Part shown: positions 31,648 to 41,972 of the stretch, one piece after another
Layout of the letters: the number at the start of each line of letters is the position of its first letter
How positions within the stretch are numbered: the stretch's first letter is position 1
Assembly: GCA_017435485.1 (NCBI GenBank)
Contig: JAFSEY010000011.1
Location: 3,442 to 67,441 of the forward strand
Reading direction: 5' to 3'
Source of the DNA: Bacilli bacterium
GTDB lineage: Bacteria; Bacillota_I; Bacilli_A; RF39; UBA660
Length of the DNA stretch: 64,000 bases
Program-made: the position numbers and the translations under genes
The notes under the pieces: model-generated
Told to the model about the DNA's origin: nothing
What the model saw: only the letters and a program-made list of their open reading frames with translations
Databases searched by the model: none

Positions 31648-32514
31648 ATGGATAAAATACAATTACAAAAAGATATTGAAGAAGTAATAAAAAAATATTG
31701 TCAAACTAAAGATTTATGTCGTTTAGGTTTTGAATACGCTGAATATGAAAAGGCCTTTGCCTTTACTAATGAAAATTTATTTGAACTATATCATAAACTT
31801 ATGAAAGATAGATATCATTCAGCTTTAACAGTTTTATCAAGTGGCGATCATGCTTTCAATTTAATTTATCATGATGTTATGCAAATAGATACTTTTGATT
31901 GTAATAGATTAACTGAATACTATTCATTAGGATTTAAAAAAACAGCGTTAGAAATATTAGATTTTGAAGAATTTTGTGATTTATTCAAAGAATATAATCC
32001 GAGTATAGAAAAGTATGTAATAGATGCTTTACCGAAAAAGTATAAAATATTTTGGCAATACTTTCTAGACGCCCGTAAAGAAGTAACTGAAAGTCCAAGT
32101 ATTTTCGACTTAGTTAGAGGAAAAAATATTAGATATGCCGAAAAATATAATTATTATTTTAATAAAACTTGCTTTAATAATTTAAAACCAAAATTAAAAG
32201 AAGCAACTATAACATTTACTTGTGCCGATATAAAAGAGGTTCCGGAAAAGTTTTCTAAATATGATTTGATAATGTTATCAACGATTTTAAATTATCGTTC
32301 AGAAATTTTAGGAATGACAATAGGCGAAGCTGTAGCTTTAGTTGAAAAGTTTTATCACAACAATTTAAACGACTTTGGCGAGCTAGTTTATGGATATAAA
32401 TATATATATTCAGAAGAGATTGATGATATTTATGAAAATATTAACTTTGGTAGAAAACTAACAAGAAATGTAGATGACGGAACATCTTTCAGTTTAGAAA
32501 AAGGATGTGATTAA
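31648..32514 (+). CDS. DUF3419/BtaA-like SAM-dependent transferase, array copy 1
   Basis: FTNE, VLSSGDH, DTFDCNRLTEYY, YDLIMLST. Confidence 0.7.
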   Translation: MDKIQLQKDIEEVIKKYCQTKDLCRLGFEYAEYEKAFAFTNENLFELYHKLMKDRYHSALTVLSSGDHAFNLIYHDVMQIDTFDCNRLTEYYSLGFKKTALEILDFEEFCDLFKEYNPSIEKYVIDALPKKYKIFWQYFLDARKEVTESPSIFDLVRGKNIRYAEKYNYYFNKTCFNNLKPKLKEATITFTCADIKEVPEKFSKYDLIMLSTILNYRSEILGMTIGEAVALVEKFYHNNLNDFGELVYGYKYIYSEEIDDIYENINFGRKLTRNVDDGTSFSLEKGCD

Positions 32515-32515
32515 A

Positions 32516-33472
32516 ATGGGGTTGTTTGATGATGAAATTGAAGTACCAGAAAATGATTTGCTTGAAAAAGTAGGAAAAGATCTCAATGAAGCAATAGCAA
32601 TATTTTGTCATAGATTAGTAGACAAACATACAGCAGAAGATTATAGAGGGTATTCACGACCTTATCAAAGCACCAATGAATATCTAAGAGGAATATATAG
32701 TCAAGTTGATATGTCTAAATATAATAATGCTTTAACAGTACTATCAAGTGGAGATCATGTTTTTAACTTGTTATATCACGATGTTTTCAATATAGATACA
32801 TTCGACTGTAATCGTTTAACTGAATATTATGCTTTAGGCTTTAAATTAACAGCCATAAAAGTTCTTACTTTTAAACAGTTTGAAGATTTATTTGCTGATC
32901 GAGATGATTACGAGCGTAGCATTGAAAAATATGTAATAAATAAAATGCCATTTCATTATCAATTGTTTTGGCAACGTCTTTTAGAAAAACGTCAAGATAT
33001 TGATTTTGAAAGACCTACGGTGTTTGATTTTTGCCGAGATGTTGGATACGATCGTTCTCACCATTTTGATTATTCAGAAGCAAGAACAAGATATAATACT
33101 TTAAATGCCTATCGAAATCCTGATGGTTTTGAAAAAGTAAAAGAAAATTTAAAAAAAGCTAATATAACTTTTAAAGTATCTGATATTAGAGAAATACCCC
33201 AAAAGTTTGGCGCTTATGATTTCATTGAATTATCTAATATTATTGGTGTGTTAATGAACTGGATTGAACCGGAACTCTTAATATCTATAATAAAAAATAT
33301 ATATGATAACAATCTAAATAATAATGGCGAAATGATATTTACATATAGATATAATAGTCCAACAATTGCAAGAGATGAAGTTTATAATGAAATTAATTTT
33401 GGGCATAAAAGAGAACTAAGTATATGGCCGGATTCGGCTGGTAGTTTAATGAAAAAAGGGAAATTAAAATGA
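32516..33472 (+). CDS. DUF3419/BtaA-like SAM-dependent transferase, array copy 2
   Basis: STNE, VLSSGDH, DTFDCNRLTEYYALGFK, YDFIELSNI. Confidence 0.7.
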   Translation: MGLFDDEIEVPENDLLEKVGKDLNEAIAIFCHRLVDKHTAEDYRGYSRPYQSTNEYLRGIYSQVDMSKYNNALTVLSSGDHVFNLLYHDVFNIDTFDCNRLTEYYALGFKLTAIKVLTFKQFEDLFADRDDYERSIEKYVINKMPFHYQLFWQRLLEKRQDIDFERPTVFDFCRDVGYDRSHHFDYSEARTRYNTLNAYRNPDGFEKVKENLKKANITFKVSDIREIPQKFGAYDFIELSNIIGVLMNWIEPELLISIIKNIYDNNLNNNGEMIFTYRYNSPTIARDEVYNEINFGHKRELSIWPDSAGSLMKKGKLK

Positions 33473-34347
33473 TTGAAGTTAGTCAGAGAAAAAAAGATAT
33501 AAATGAAGTAATAAAAAAATATTGTAGTTCAAGCAGTTTAAAAGCAATAGGTTATGATTATAGTGAATATGGTAGAGCATATCATTTTACTAATGAACAT
33601 TTAATTGAATTATATAATCAAATAGATTTTACAAATTACCAAACGGGGTTATGTGTCTTATCTAGTGGAGATCACGCTTTTAATATGATTTATAAAGGAA
33701 TAGAGCAAATTGATACGTTTGATAGTAGCAGATTAACAGAGTATTATGCTCTAGGTATTAAAAAGACTGCTATTGAAGTTTTAAATTATCGAGAATTTTT
33801 AACATTATTTTCTAACTCGTTATTCCGAAACGAAAATGAGCTGGCTTTAGAAAAATACGTATTATCATGTACATCAGAAGAATATAAATCTTTTTGGATA
33901 GCATTTTTAGAAGCAAGAAAAAAACTAGGAGAAGAAAAACCAACAATATTTACAATATGCCGAGATGTTGGAATAATTAGAGGGAATAATTTATATTTAC
34001 AAAGTGAATCAGCTTATAATAGGTTAAAAGATAATTTGAAATACGCTCGATTAACTTATACAAATGCTGATATTACAGCAGTATCAAATATATTTGGAAC
34101 TTATAATGTTATAAATTTATCGAATATTATAAGTGTATTAGATAGTTATGTGGAACCGGCTGTTATTCATAATATGATAAAAATTATTTATGATCACAAT
34201 TTAAATCAAAATGGCGAAATGATATATGACTATAAATATATGGAAGATGTAATTAGTGATGATGAATATTTTCTTGGGGTTGATTATGCTCCCAAAATTA
34301 TAAGAAAATTAGCTGGTGATGAAGTGGCTTGTCTTCAAAAAAGATGA
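33469..34347 (+). CDS. DUF3419/BtaA-like SAM-dependent transferase, array copy 3
   Basis: FTNE, VLSSGDH, DTFDSSRLTEYY, INLSNI. Confidence 0.7.
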   Translation: MIEVSQRKKDINEVIKKYCSSSSLKAIGYDYSEYGRAYHFTNEHLIELYNQIDFTNYQTGLCVLSSGDHAFNMIYKGIEQIDTFDSSRLTEYYALGIKKTAIEVLNYREFLTLFSNSLFRNENELALEKYVLSCTSEEYKSFWIAFLEARKKLGEEKPTIFTICRDVGIIRGNNLYLQSESAYNRLKDNLKYARLTYTNADITAVSNIFGTYNVINLSNIISVLDSYVEPAVIHNMIKIIYDHNLNQNGEMIYDYKYMEDVISDDEYFLGVDYAPKIIRKLAGDEVACLQKR

Positions 34348-34357
34348 TAAAATAGAA

Positions 34358-34440
34358 AATAGATTAAGTGAGTATTACGCATTAGGATTTAAAAAACGCT
34401 TGAAGTACTTGACTAGCATCAATTTTAAATTTATTTATTG
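34358..34440 (+). pseudogene. Decayed remnant of an array paralog
   Basis: Intergenic DNA reads NRLSEYYALGFKK, then frameshifts into LEVLD*HQF, matching the family block KK.ALE.L.Y..F. Confidence 0.85.
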
Positions 34441-34494
34441 ATTTCGATAATAACGAACTATATTTGAAAAAGATTGTATTTTTCAAATAATTGA

Positions 34495-34523
34495 TTGCCT
34501 TTTCTGATTTAATGATATAAAAT
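34495..34523 (+). promoter_or_regulatory. Internal array promoter (before copy 4)
   Basis: TTGCCT-N17-TAAAAT. Confidence 0.5.
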
Positions 34524-34550
34524 AAAATCCAAAGTTTAAGGTGAGATCAA

Positions 34551-35417
34551 ATGGACTCAAGAAATAAAGATTTACTTGCAACAATAGAATTATATAAATC
34601 TATGCAAAAATTGTGTTACAATGGCTATAAATTTTTTGACTATGGAGCTGTTTACCAACAAACAAATGAAAATATGGTTAAGCTATTCAAGCAAATAAAT
34701 TTAAAAAAAGTAAACAATGCTTTAACGGTAACATCAAGTGGAGACCAAGTATTAAATCTTCTTTCCCAAGGTGTTACGAACATAGATACTTTTGATACTA
34801 ATCGTTTAACTGAATATTATGCTTTGGGATTTAAATTAGTTGCAGCACAATGCTTAAATATAGAACAATTTTTAAAATTGTTTAAAGAATCTAATTCAAG
34901 GGAAAGTTTAGAATTGCAAAAGTATGTAATTTCTTGCTCTTCGGGTGAATATAGATGGTTTTGGGAAAGCTTTATTGATTTTCTGGATAATGAAAAGAAA
35001 GACCATAGCGGAGTATTTGAAATATGTCGCAAAAAAGTAGAAAGTCATACAGATAATAATGTTTATTTACAAACTTTGGAATTGTACGACGAAACGAAAA
35101 AGAACTTAAATAATGCTAATATTACCTTTAATCAATTAAATATAACGGATTTACCAAATGAATTAGGGACTTATGATTTTATTTATTTATCAAATATTAT
35201 TGAGTATCGTCAAAAAATATTTGGTCCAACCGATTTGGTAACAGATGTTATCAAACTAATCGAATCTATTTATAATCATAATTTAAATTCAAAAGGAGAA
35301 TTGTTCTATTTATATGTAATATTTCGAAATTATCAAGAAGTCATGAATAATATTAAAATAGCTAAAACAATCATTTATAAAGACAAAAACTTAATTGCTT
35401 TAAGCTTAAAAAAATAA
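34551..35417 (+). CDS. DUF3419/BtaA-like SAM-dependent transferase, array copy 4
   Basis: QTNE, VTSSGDQ, DTFDTNRLTEYYALGFK, YDFIYLSNI. Confidence 0.7.
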   Translation: MDSRNKDLLATIELYKSMQKLCYNGYKFFDYGAVYQQTNENMVKLFKQINLKKVNNALTVTSSGDQVLNLLSQGVTNIDTFDTNRLTEYYALGFKLVAAQCLNIEQFLKLFKESNSRESLELQKYVISCSSGEYRWFWESFIDFLDNEKKDHSGVFEICRKKVESHTDNNVYLQTLELYDETKKNLNNANITFNQLNITDLPNELGTYDFIYLSNIIEYRQKIFGPTDLVTDVIKLIESIYNHNLNSKGELFYLYVIFRNYQEVMNNIKIAKTIIYKDKNLIALSLKK

Positions 35418-35430
35418 AGGATGTGAGAAT

Positions 35431-36309
35431 ATGGAAAATATTTGTCAGTGGGAAAAAGATTTGCGCGAGATAATATCTCGTGGACAGGATATTTTTGTTA
35501 ATTATCAAGAGTATTCTAAATGCTATCCATTTACGAACGAGAGACTAAGTGACTTAATGTATTTATTGAACACAAGTGGAGTATACAATGCGTTATGTGT
35601 CTTATCTAGTGGAGATCATGTTTTTAATTTGATTAGCAAAGGTATAATTAACATCGATACATTTGATACTAATCGATTAACAGAATATTATGCCTTAGGT
35701 TTTAAAAAGACTGCATTGCAGAATTTAAAATATCAAGAATTTTGTGATTACTTTTTTGGACCACATTATCAAAGGGAAAAAACAAAACCAATAGAAAACT
35801 ATGTTATTGAACATATGCCGCAACAATATAGGGCGTTTTGGCAAGGATATATAAATAACTTAGAAGAAAGAAAAAAAGATAATAAAGGCATATTTGAGCT
35901 TCTTACTTTTCTCGGATTTGATACAGCAATAGAATATAATAAATATTTATCTAGTGAGATAGAATATAATAATTTGCAAAAGAACTTAGAAAAAGCAAAT
36001 ATAAGTTTCTCTCCAATTAACATAAAAAAAGTATGGCATAGTATGGGAAAATATGATTTAATATTGCTTTCAAATGTTATACAGGCAATGAGAAAACCTT
36101 TATTTGGGAAAGCAATTAATATTGCCGATAAGATTTATAAACATAATTTAAATGAAAATGGCGAAATGATATATTTATATGAATTTGTTGATCCAGATTT
36201 TTTTAGGAAAGATGAAGTTATATTAGCCAGAACTTTAAAGGGCAATGATATCAAATACTTATTAAATGGTAGTTATGCTACTGGAAAGAAAAAAGTAGCA
36301 ATTAGGTAA
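35431..36309 (+). CDS. DUF3419/BtaA-like SAM-dependent transferase, array copy 5
   Basis: FTNE, VLSSGDH, NRLTEYYALGFKK, YDLILLSNV. Confidence 0.7.
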   Translation: MENICQWEKDLREIISRGQDIFVNYQEYSKCYPFTNERLSDLMYLLNTSGVYNALCVLSSGDHVFNLISKGIINIDTFDTNRLTEYYALGFKKTALQNLKYQEFCDYFFGPHYQREKTKPIENYVIEHMPQQYRAFWQGYINNLEERKKDNKGIFELLTFLGFDTAIEYNKYLSSEIEYNNLQKNLEKANISFSPINIKKVWHSMGKYDLILLSNVIQAMRKPLFGKAINIADKIYKHNLNENGEMIYLYEFVDPDFFRKDEVILARTLKGNDIKYLLNGSYATGKKKVAIR

Positions 36310-36313
36310 TATT

Positions 36314-37192
36314 ATGATAACTATCATTAATAATGAACAGCGTCAAAAAGACTTAAATCAAATACCAGAATTTATAAATGATAGTGAGTTTGATTATAAA
36401 TTTCAAGAGTATTCTGCGATTTATTATCTTACTAATGAAAAGTTAGCAAATTTATATAATGAAATTAATTTTACAAAATATAAGACAGCTTTAACAGTTT
36501 TATCAAGTGGCGATCAAACTTTTAATTTAATATTAGAAGGCGTAGAAAGAATAGATACCTTTGATTGTAATCGGTTGGCAGAATATTATGCGTTAGGTTT
36601 TAAAAAAACCGCAATTCAATGCTTAGATTATAAAGATTTTACCAATTTATTTTATCTTCGTCAGAAAAAGCTATATGACTTAGAAAGCGAAGTAATAAAA
36701 CATATGCCAAAAGAATATAAAATTTTTTGGAAAACTTATCGGGAAGTATATAGACAATATTATCCTTATCCTAGTGTATTAGGCTTGGCTAAAGAACATA
36801 ATTTTCCTAATGGAAATAATATTTATTTTAGTAAAGAAAGTTATAAATATTTGCAAAAAAGATTAAATGATGTATTAATTACATTTAGTTATGCAGAAGT
36901 TAAACAATTACCTGAGGCGTTTGGTCAATATGATTTTATATATTTATCTAATATTCTATCATATGATCACTGGGTATTTAATAGCAAAGATAGGGAATGT
37001 TTAGCAGAGCAGTATGCTAAGTTTGTTTTAGATATTTATACAAAAAATTTAAATCCGAATGGACTTTTAATATATAATTATGGATTTAATGGTTTAATAG
37101 ACAAGTATTGTAGTAATGAAATTGTAGAAAGAAAAGTCACTTATGATTTAGAAAAGTTAGATAGAGCATACGGGTTAAGAAAACTTAAATAG
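36314..37192 (+). CDS. DUF3419/BtaA-like SAM-dependent transferase, array copy 6
   Basis: LTNE, VLSSGDQ, NRLAEYYALGFKK, YDFIYLSNI. Confidence 0.7.
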   Translation: MITIINNEQRQKDLNQIPEFINDSEFDYKFQEYSAIYYLTNEKLANLYNEINFTKYKTALTVLSSGDQTFNLILEGVERIDTFDCNRLAEYYALGFKKTAIQCLDYKDFTNLFYLRQKKLYDLESEVIKHMPKEYKIFWKTYREVYRQYYPYPSVLGLAKEHNFPNGNNIYFSKESYKYLQKRLNDVLITFSYAEVKQLPEAFGQYDFIYLSNILSYDHWVFNSKDRECLAEQYAKFVLDIYTKNLNPNGLLIYNYGFNGLIDKYCSNEIVERKVTYDLEKLDRAYGLRKLK

Positions 37193-37205
37193 AAAGGTGA
37201 ATATT

Positions 37206-38102
37206 ATGTTAAGCTTAGAAGAACAAAGACAAGTCGACATTCAAAAAGTTTTAGAAATATATGGAAAAGCCGATATTTCTTTAACTGGTACTTTTTTTGA
37301 GGAATATTCTCGTTTCTATGATTTTACTAATGAAAAACTATTTGCTTTATTTGAATTACTAAAATTAAATGGAAAAGAATCTGCTTTAACAGTTTTATCA
37401 AGTGGAGATCATGTATTTAATTTAATATTACAAGGAATTAATACTGTTACGACATTTGATTGTAATCGTTTAACAGAATATTATGCTCTAGGATTTAAAA
37501 AAACCGCTATTGAAATACTTAATTATGAACAATTTATTGAATTATTTTGTCCGTATGGATATTCGGCAGTGTCATCTAAATTAAATGAATTAGAAAAAGA
37601 AGTTATCAAAAATATGCCTCTTGCTTATCGGAAATTTTGGGAAAGCTTTTTAAATATGCGTAGAGAATATGAATATAATCCGAGTGTTTTTCATTTGACG
37701 TATTCAACTAGTAACTTTGCAAAAGCACTCAGCAATAATAAATATCTTTTAAATGCAGAAATGTATAACGCTTTAAAAAGGAAAATATCAAACGCCAAAA
37801 TTGAATTTGTTGCTACTAATATAACTGATGTTCCAAAATTATTCGGAAGATACGATTATATAGATTTTTCGAATGTATTATACTTTTATCAAGGGATATT
37901 TCCTGAAGAAAGTGCAAAAAAAGCTATTAATCTTGTCAAATCAGTTTATGAAAACAACCTCAACAAAGATGGATTGTTTAAATATTATTATAATTTTGAT
38001 GGAGTGAGAACTTTTCCTAAATTTGGTAGCAATATAGAAAAAGAATATGTTTTAGATTCTGATACAACTTCAATTTTAAAAAGAACAATAAATATGGATT
38101 AA
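37206..38102 (+). CDS. DUF3419/BtaA-like SAM-dependent transferase, array copy 7
   Basis: FTNE, VLSSGDH, NRLTEYYALGFKK, YDYIDFSNV. Confidence 0.7.
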   Translation: MLSLEEQRQVDIQKVLEIYGKADISLTGTFFEEYSRFYDFTNEKLFALFELLKLNGKESALTVLSSGDHVFNLILQGINTVTTFDCNRLTEYYALGFKKTAIEILNYEQFIELFCPYGYSAVSSKLNELEKEVIKNMPLAYRKFWESFLNMRREYEYNPSVFHLTYSTSNFAKALSNNKYLLNAEMYNALKRKISNAKIEFVATNITDVPKLFGRYDYIDFSNVLYFYQGIFPEESAKKAINLVKSVYENNLNKDGLFKYYYNFDGVRTFPKFGSNIEKEYVLDSDTTSILKRTINMD

Positions 38103-38110
38103 AAAATAAC

Positions 38111-38139
38111 TTGCGAATTTCAATAACATGCTTTAAGAT
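38111..38139 (+). promoter_or_regulatory. Possible internal array promoter (before copy 8)
   Basis: TTGCGA-N17-TAAGAT. Confidence 0.4.
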
Positions 38140-38211
38140 ATAACGCACCAGTAATAACAAAGATTAATTTATTTGAAAGACCTACAGTTTTATTTTAGGG
38201 GGAGTAAAGTT

Positions 38212-39135
38212 ATGGTAATATCACAACAGCGTAGATTTGACTTAGAAAATACGATTAAAATATATTTAGAAGGTTATCAAAATGGATATTTTGGAGTTAA
38301 TGATGATTTTATAGAATATGCTAGTTTCTATCATTTGACTAATGAACCTGTTAATAAAATATTTAGTGAAATCGTTTTGAATGAGATTCAAAAAGCTTTA
38401 AGCGTTCTAGCTAGCGGGGATCAAGTATTTCATATGATTAGTGGCGGGGTTCAAAATATTGATAGCTTTGATATAAATCGCTTAACAGAATATTATGCCC
38501 TAGGATTTAAAAAGCGCGCAATAGAATGTTTAAATTATTATGAATTTATGAAGTTGTTTGAGTATTATAAAGACTGGGAACTCGAACGGCATTTTAGCGA
38601 AAATAAAGACATAGAAAAGTATGTAATTGAAAATATGGAGGAAGAATACAAATGGTTTTGGAATGAATTCCTTTATGCCGCAAAAGAAAAAGGATTTGAA
38701 GCAAGTATATTTCATTTATCTTGTGAAGCTGATCTTATTGATAGGCAAAATACAAAAAACAATTTATATATGAAAGATGAAAGTGAGTATATTAACCTAC
38801 AAAGAAGACTGAAGGAAGTTAATATATCATATAAGTATTGCTCAATAATGGATGTTCCAACTACATTTACTAAATATGATTTGATATATCTTTCTAATAT
38901 TATGGATTATTATCGTTCTTTTTATGGAAATAATAATAGACCAATGGATGATGCTAGAAATTTAATTAAAGCCATTTACACCCAAAATTTAAATCCAAAT
39001 GGCGAAATAATATTAACGGAAATGCAAAGAAAATTTTCACCCAATGAATTTTTAAAAGAAATGATTAATCATCCGATCATTAATAATTGTCTATTTACAG
39101 CTTATGGAATAAAAAAGAAGCGAAAATTAAAGTAA
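38212..39135 (+). CDS. DUF3419/BtaA-like SAM-dependent transferase, array copy 8
   Basis: MVISQQRRFDL start, LTNE, VLASGDQ, KKRAIECL, YDLIYLSNI. Confidence 0.7.
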   Translation: MVISQQRRFDLENTIKIYLEGYQNGYFGVNDDFIEYASFYHLTNEPVNKIFSEIVLNEIQKALSVLASGDQVFHMISGGVQNIDSFDINRLTEYYALGFKKRAIECLNYYEFMKLFEYYKDWELERHFSENKDIEKYVIENMEEEYKWFWNEFLYAAKEKGFEASIFHLSCEADLIDRQNTKNNLYMKDESEYINLQRRLKEVNISYKYCSIMDVPTTFTKYDLIYLSNIMDYYRSFYGNNNRPMDDARNLIKAIYTQNLNPNGEIILTEMQRKFSPNEFLKEMINHPIINNCLFTAYGIKKKRKLK

Positions 39136-39155
39136 ATAAATAGGGGGCAATACAA

Positions 39156-40049
39156 ATGGTAATATCAGAACAACGACAAGAAGATTTACATAAAGCTATT
39201 GATTTATATTTAAAAATATATCAAGAAGGAAAAGTAGAATTAAAAAGCGAATTTTCAAAATATTCAGGCTATTATTATATAACAAATGAACCTATACGTG
39301 ATATATTTGACATAAGAACAAAATATGAAAATAAAAAAATTTTAAGTGTATTAGCAGGTGGAGATCATATATTTGAAATGATATTTAAAGGAGCTAGTAA
39401 TGTAGATACCTTTGATATTAATGCTTTATTGGAATATTACACAATTGGATTTAAAAAAAGAGCAATAGAGTGTTTAGCTTATCAAGAATATCTTGATTTG
39501 TTTGATTTTTCATATGATGGACTAGAAAATAAATATTATAATATAAAAACTGAAATAGAAGACTATGTTGTTAAAAATATGGATGAAGAATATAGCTGGT
39601 TTTGGAAAGAAGTTAAACGTATTTTAAAAGAGTATGGATATGAAGCAAGTGTATTTCATTTTGCTTTAAATATTAAACAAAAAGATTTTAATAAACCAAG
39701 CTTTTTAAAAAGTGAAGATAACTATAAAATTCTTCAAAATAAATTAAAATCTACAACTATAAATTTTCAACAAGCGAATATAATAGAACTACGAATAAAA
39801 TTTCCTAAATATGATTTAATCTATTTATCAAATATCTTAGATTATAGGGAACAAGAATATGCTAAAACACTATTAACTGATATATATAATAATAACTTAT
39901 ATAAAAATGGCCAAATAATATTTACAGATTTATGTAGCTATTTTGACGAAGAAATATACGAATCAGTTCCAGGCGCAGAAAAAATTAAAAGATGGTTTGA
40001 TAATCCAGGCCTTCCTTGTTATGGCTTAAAAAAGAGGAGGATTAAATGA
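39156..40049 (+). CDS. DUF3419/BtaA-like SAM-dependent transferase, array copy 9
   Basis: ITNE, VLAGGDH, KKRAIECL, YDLIYLSNI. Confidence 0.7.
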   Translation: MVISEQRQEDLHKAIDLYLKIYQEGKVELKSEFSKYSGYYYITNEPIRDIFDIRTKYENKKILSVLAGGDHIFEMIFKGASNVDTFDINALLEYYTIGFKKRAIECLAYQEYLDLFDFSYDGLENKYYNIKTEIEDYVVKNMDEEYSWFWKEVKRILKEYGYEASVFHFALNIKQKDFNKPSFLKSEDNYKILQNKLKSTTINFQQANIIELRIKFPKYDLIYLSNILDYREQEYAKTLLTDIYNNNLYKNGQIIFTDLCSYFDEEIYESVPGAEKIKRWFDNPGLPCYGLKKRRIK

Positions 40050-40981
40050 TTAGAACTGAACAACGTGAAATAGATTTAGAAAATGCAATTAATTTGTACG
40101 TTAATAAATTTGAAAAAAGTAGTCCATCCAATTTTGATGAATATTCACCTTATTATATATTTACTAATGAACCATTACAACAACTGATCGATTTAATTGA
40201 CTTATCTACATATAAAAAATGTTTATCAGTTTTATCGGGCGGAGATATCGCATTTTCCTTAATTAATGCAGGTTTTAAGCAAGTGGACACATTTGATATA
40301 AATAGATTAACAGAGTATTTTGTTCTAGGATTTAAAAAAAGAGCAATAGAACTTTTGTCATATGAGCAATTTTTAGAACTATTTAATTATGACTTTCATG
40401 CACTTTTTAATAACCAATTCGGAACAAACCAAACATTAGAAAATTATGTGATAAGTAATTTAGATAAGGATTACAAAAATTTTTGGATGGAATATAAATA
40501 TGGATTAAAAGAAAAAGGATATAATTCCAGTGTATTTCATATGGGAGTAAATTATATTTTAAAAGATATTAAATACCGTAAACAATTATCTTATCTAAAC
40601 TGCGCAGAAGACTATAAAACTTTTCAAAAAAAATTAATTGATTCAACAATAAATTTTGAACCATTAGATATAAAAGATATTCCACAAAAACTTAATAGTT
40701 ATGATTTTATACATCTTTCTAATATTTTAGATTATTCCTATTTGCTATATCCTGATAGTAGAAAAGCTGTTAATGAAGGAATTAAACTATTGACTGAAAT
40801 TTATAATAAAAATTTAACAAGTGAAGGCTTGATAATTATTACAGCCATATTACCACGTTTTATTAGTTCATTAGTATGGAATTGTAATTATGCTGGTCTA
40901 CTAAAAAAATATTCTATAAAAAATTTTTACGAAATAGAAACTTATGAAATTAAGAAAAAAAGGAACATAGTTTTAAAGTAA
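40046..40981 (+). CDS. DUF3419/BtaA-like SAM-dependent transferase, array copy 10
   Basis: FTNE, VLSGGDI, NRLTEYF, YDFIHLSNI. Confidence 0.7.
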   Translation: MIRTEQREIDLENAINLYVNKFEKSSPSNFDEYSPYYIFTNEPLQQLIDLIDLSTYKKCLSVLSGGDIAFSLINAGFKQVDTFDINRLTEYFVLGFKKRAIELLSYEQFLELFNYDFHALFNNQFGTNQTLENYVISNLDKDYKNFWMEYKYGLKEKGYNSSVFHMGVNYILKDIKYRKQLSYLNCAEDYKTFQKKLIDSTINFEPLDIKDIPQKLNSYDFIHLSNILDYSYLLYPDSRKAVNEGIKLLTEIYNKNLTSEGLIIITAILPRFISSLVWNCNYAGLLKKYSIKNFYEIETYEIKKKRNIVLK

Positions 40982-40987
40982 AATATC

Positions 40988-41016
40988 TTGTTATTTAATT
41001 AAAAGCGATATATAAT
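40988..41016 (+). promoter_or_regulatory. Internal array promoter (before copy 11)
   Basis: TTGTTA-N17-TATAAT; RBS GAGGGGG downstream. Confidence 0.65.
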
Positions 41017-41044
41017 ATGAACTTAAATCAAGAGGGGGATTTAA

Positions 41045-41959
41045 ATGGCTATATCAGAGCAAAGAGAAAAAGACTTAAAAAACACTATAGATTTATATTT
41101 AAATTTTTATAAAGACAAGAAAAAAGATCGTTTAGATGATTTTGTTGAGTACGCTGGTTTTTATCATATTACTAATGAAAAAGCTAGTGAAATAATCGAA
41201 AAAACAACAGTTACTGATAAGATGAAAGCTTTATGTGTTTTAGCTGGAGGAGATCAAGTTTTTAATTTAATTAATGCAGGTATAAAAAATATAGAAACTT
41301 TTGATATCAACAGATTAACGGAGTATTACGCTCTAGGATTTAAAAAAAGAGCAATAGAGTGTTTAAGTTATGAAGAATATATTAAGTTATTAAGCTATTA
41401 CCGAGGATGGTATGTAAAAACTCATCATAATTTACAACCTGAAATAGAAAAATATGTTATTGAAAATATGGAAGAAGAATATAAATGGTTTTGGCAACAA
41501 TTTAAGTATGCATTGCAACAAGAAGGTTGTAACCCTAGTATTTTTCATTTATCGATTGGTTCAGGTGAAAAAAACATAACTAAAAACATTTATGCAAAAG
41601 ACGAAGAAACATATAAAAAATTTCAAAAGCTATTAAGAGAGGCTAAGATAACATTCACTCAATCTTCCATAACTGAGCTTCCAGAAAAGTTTGGTTTATA
41701 TGATTTAGTTTATTTATCAAATATTCTGGATTATCCAAGAGATTTTTATGGTGACAAAGAAAACCCTTTATATTCCGCTTTAGAGTTATTAAATAGAATT
41801 TATGAGCAAAATCTAAATTGTCCTGGGGAAATATTAATGACTTACTTGACAGGATCATTTATCCCTTCGCTTTGTAAAAATAAGTATTATCAAAATAATT
41901 TTGAAGAAATTATTCTTGACTCTGAAAGAGAACATGCCTATAAAGTATTAAAAAAATAA
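41045..41959 (+). CDS. DUF3419/BtaA-like SAM-dependent transferase, array copy 11
   Basis: ITNE, VLAGGDQ, NRLTEYYALGFKKRAIECL, YDLVYLSNI. Confidence 0.7.
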   Translation: MAISEQREKDLKNTIDLYLNFYKDKKKDRLDDFVEYAGFYHITNEKASEIIEKTTVTDKMKALCVLAGGDQVFNLINAGIKNIETFDINRLTEYYALGFKKRAIECLSYEEYIKLLSYYRGWYVKTHHNLQPEIEKYVIENMEEEYKWFWQQFKYALQQEGCNPSIFHLSIGSGEKNITKNIYAKDEETYKKFQKLLREAKITFTQSSITELPEKFGLYDLVYLSNILDYPRDFYGDKENPLYSALELLNRIYEQNLNCPGEILMTYLTGSFIPSLCKNKYYQNNFEEIILDSEREHAYKVLKK

Positions 41960-41972
41960 TGGAAGTGACAAT

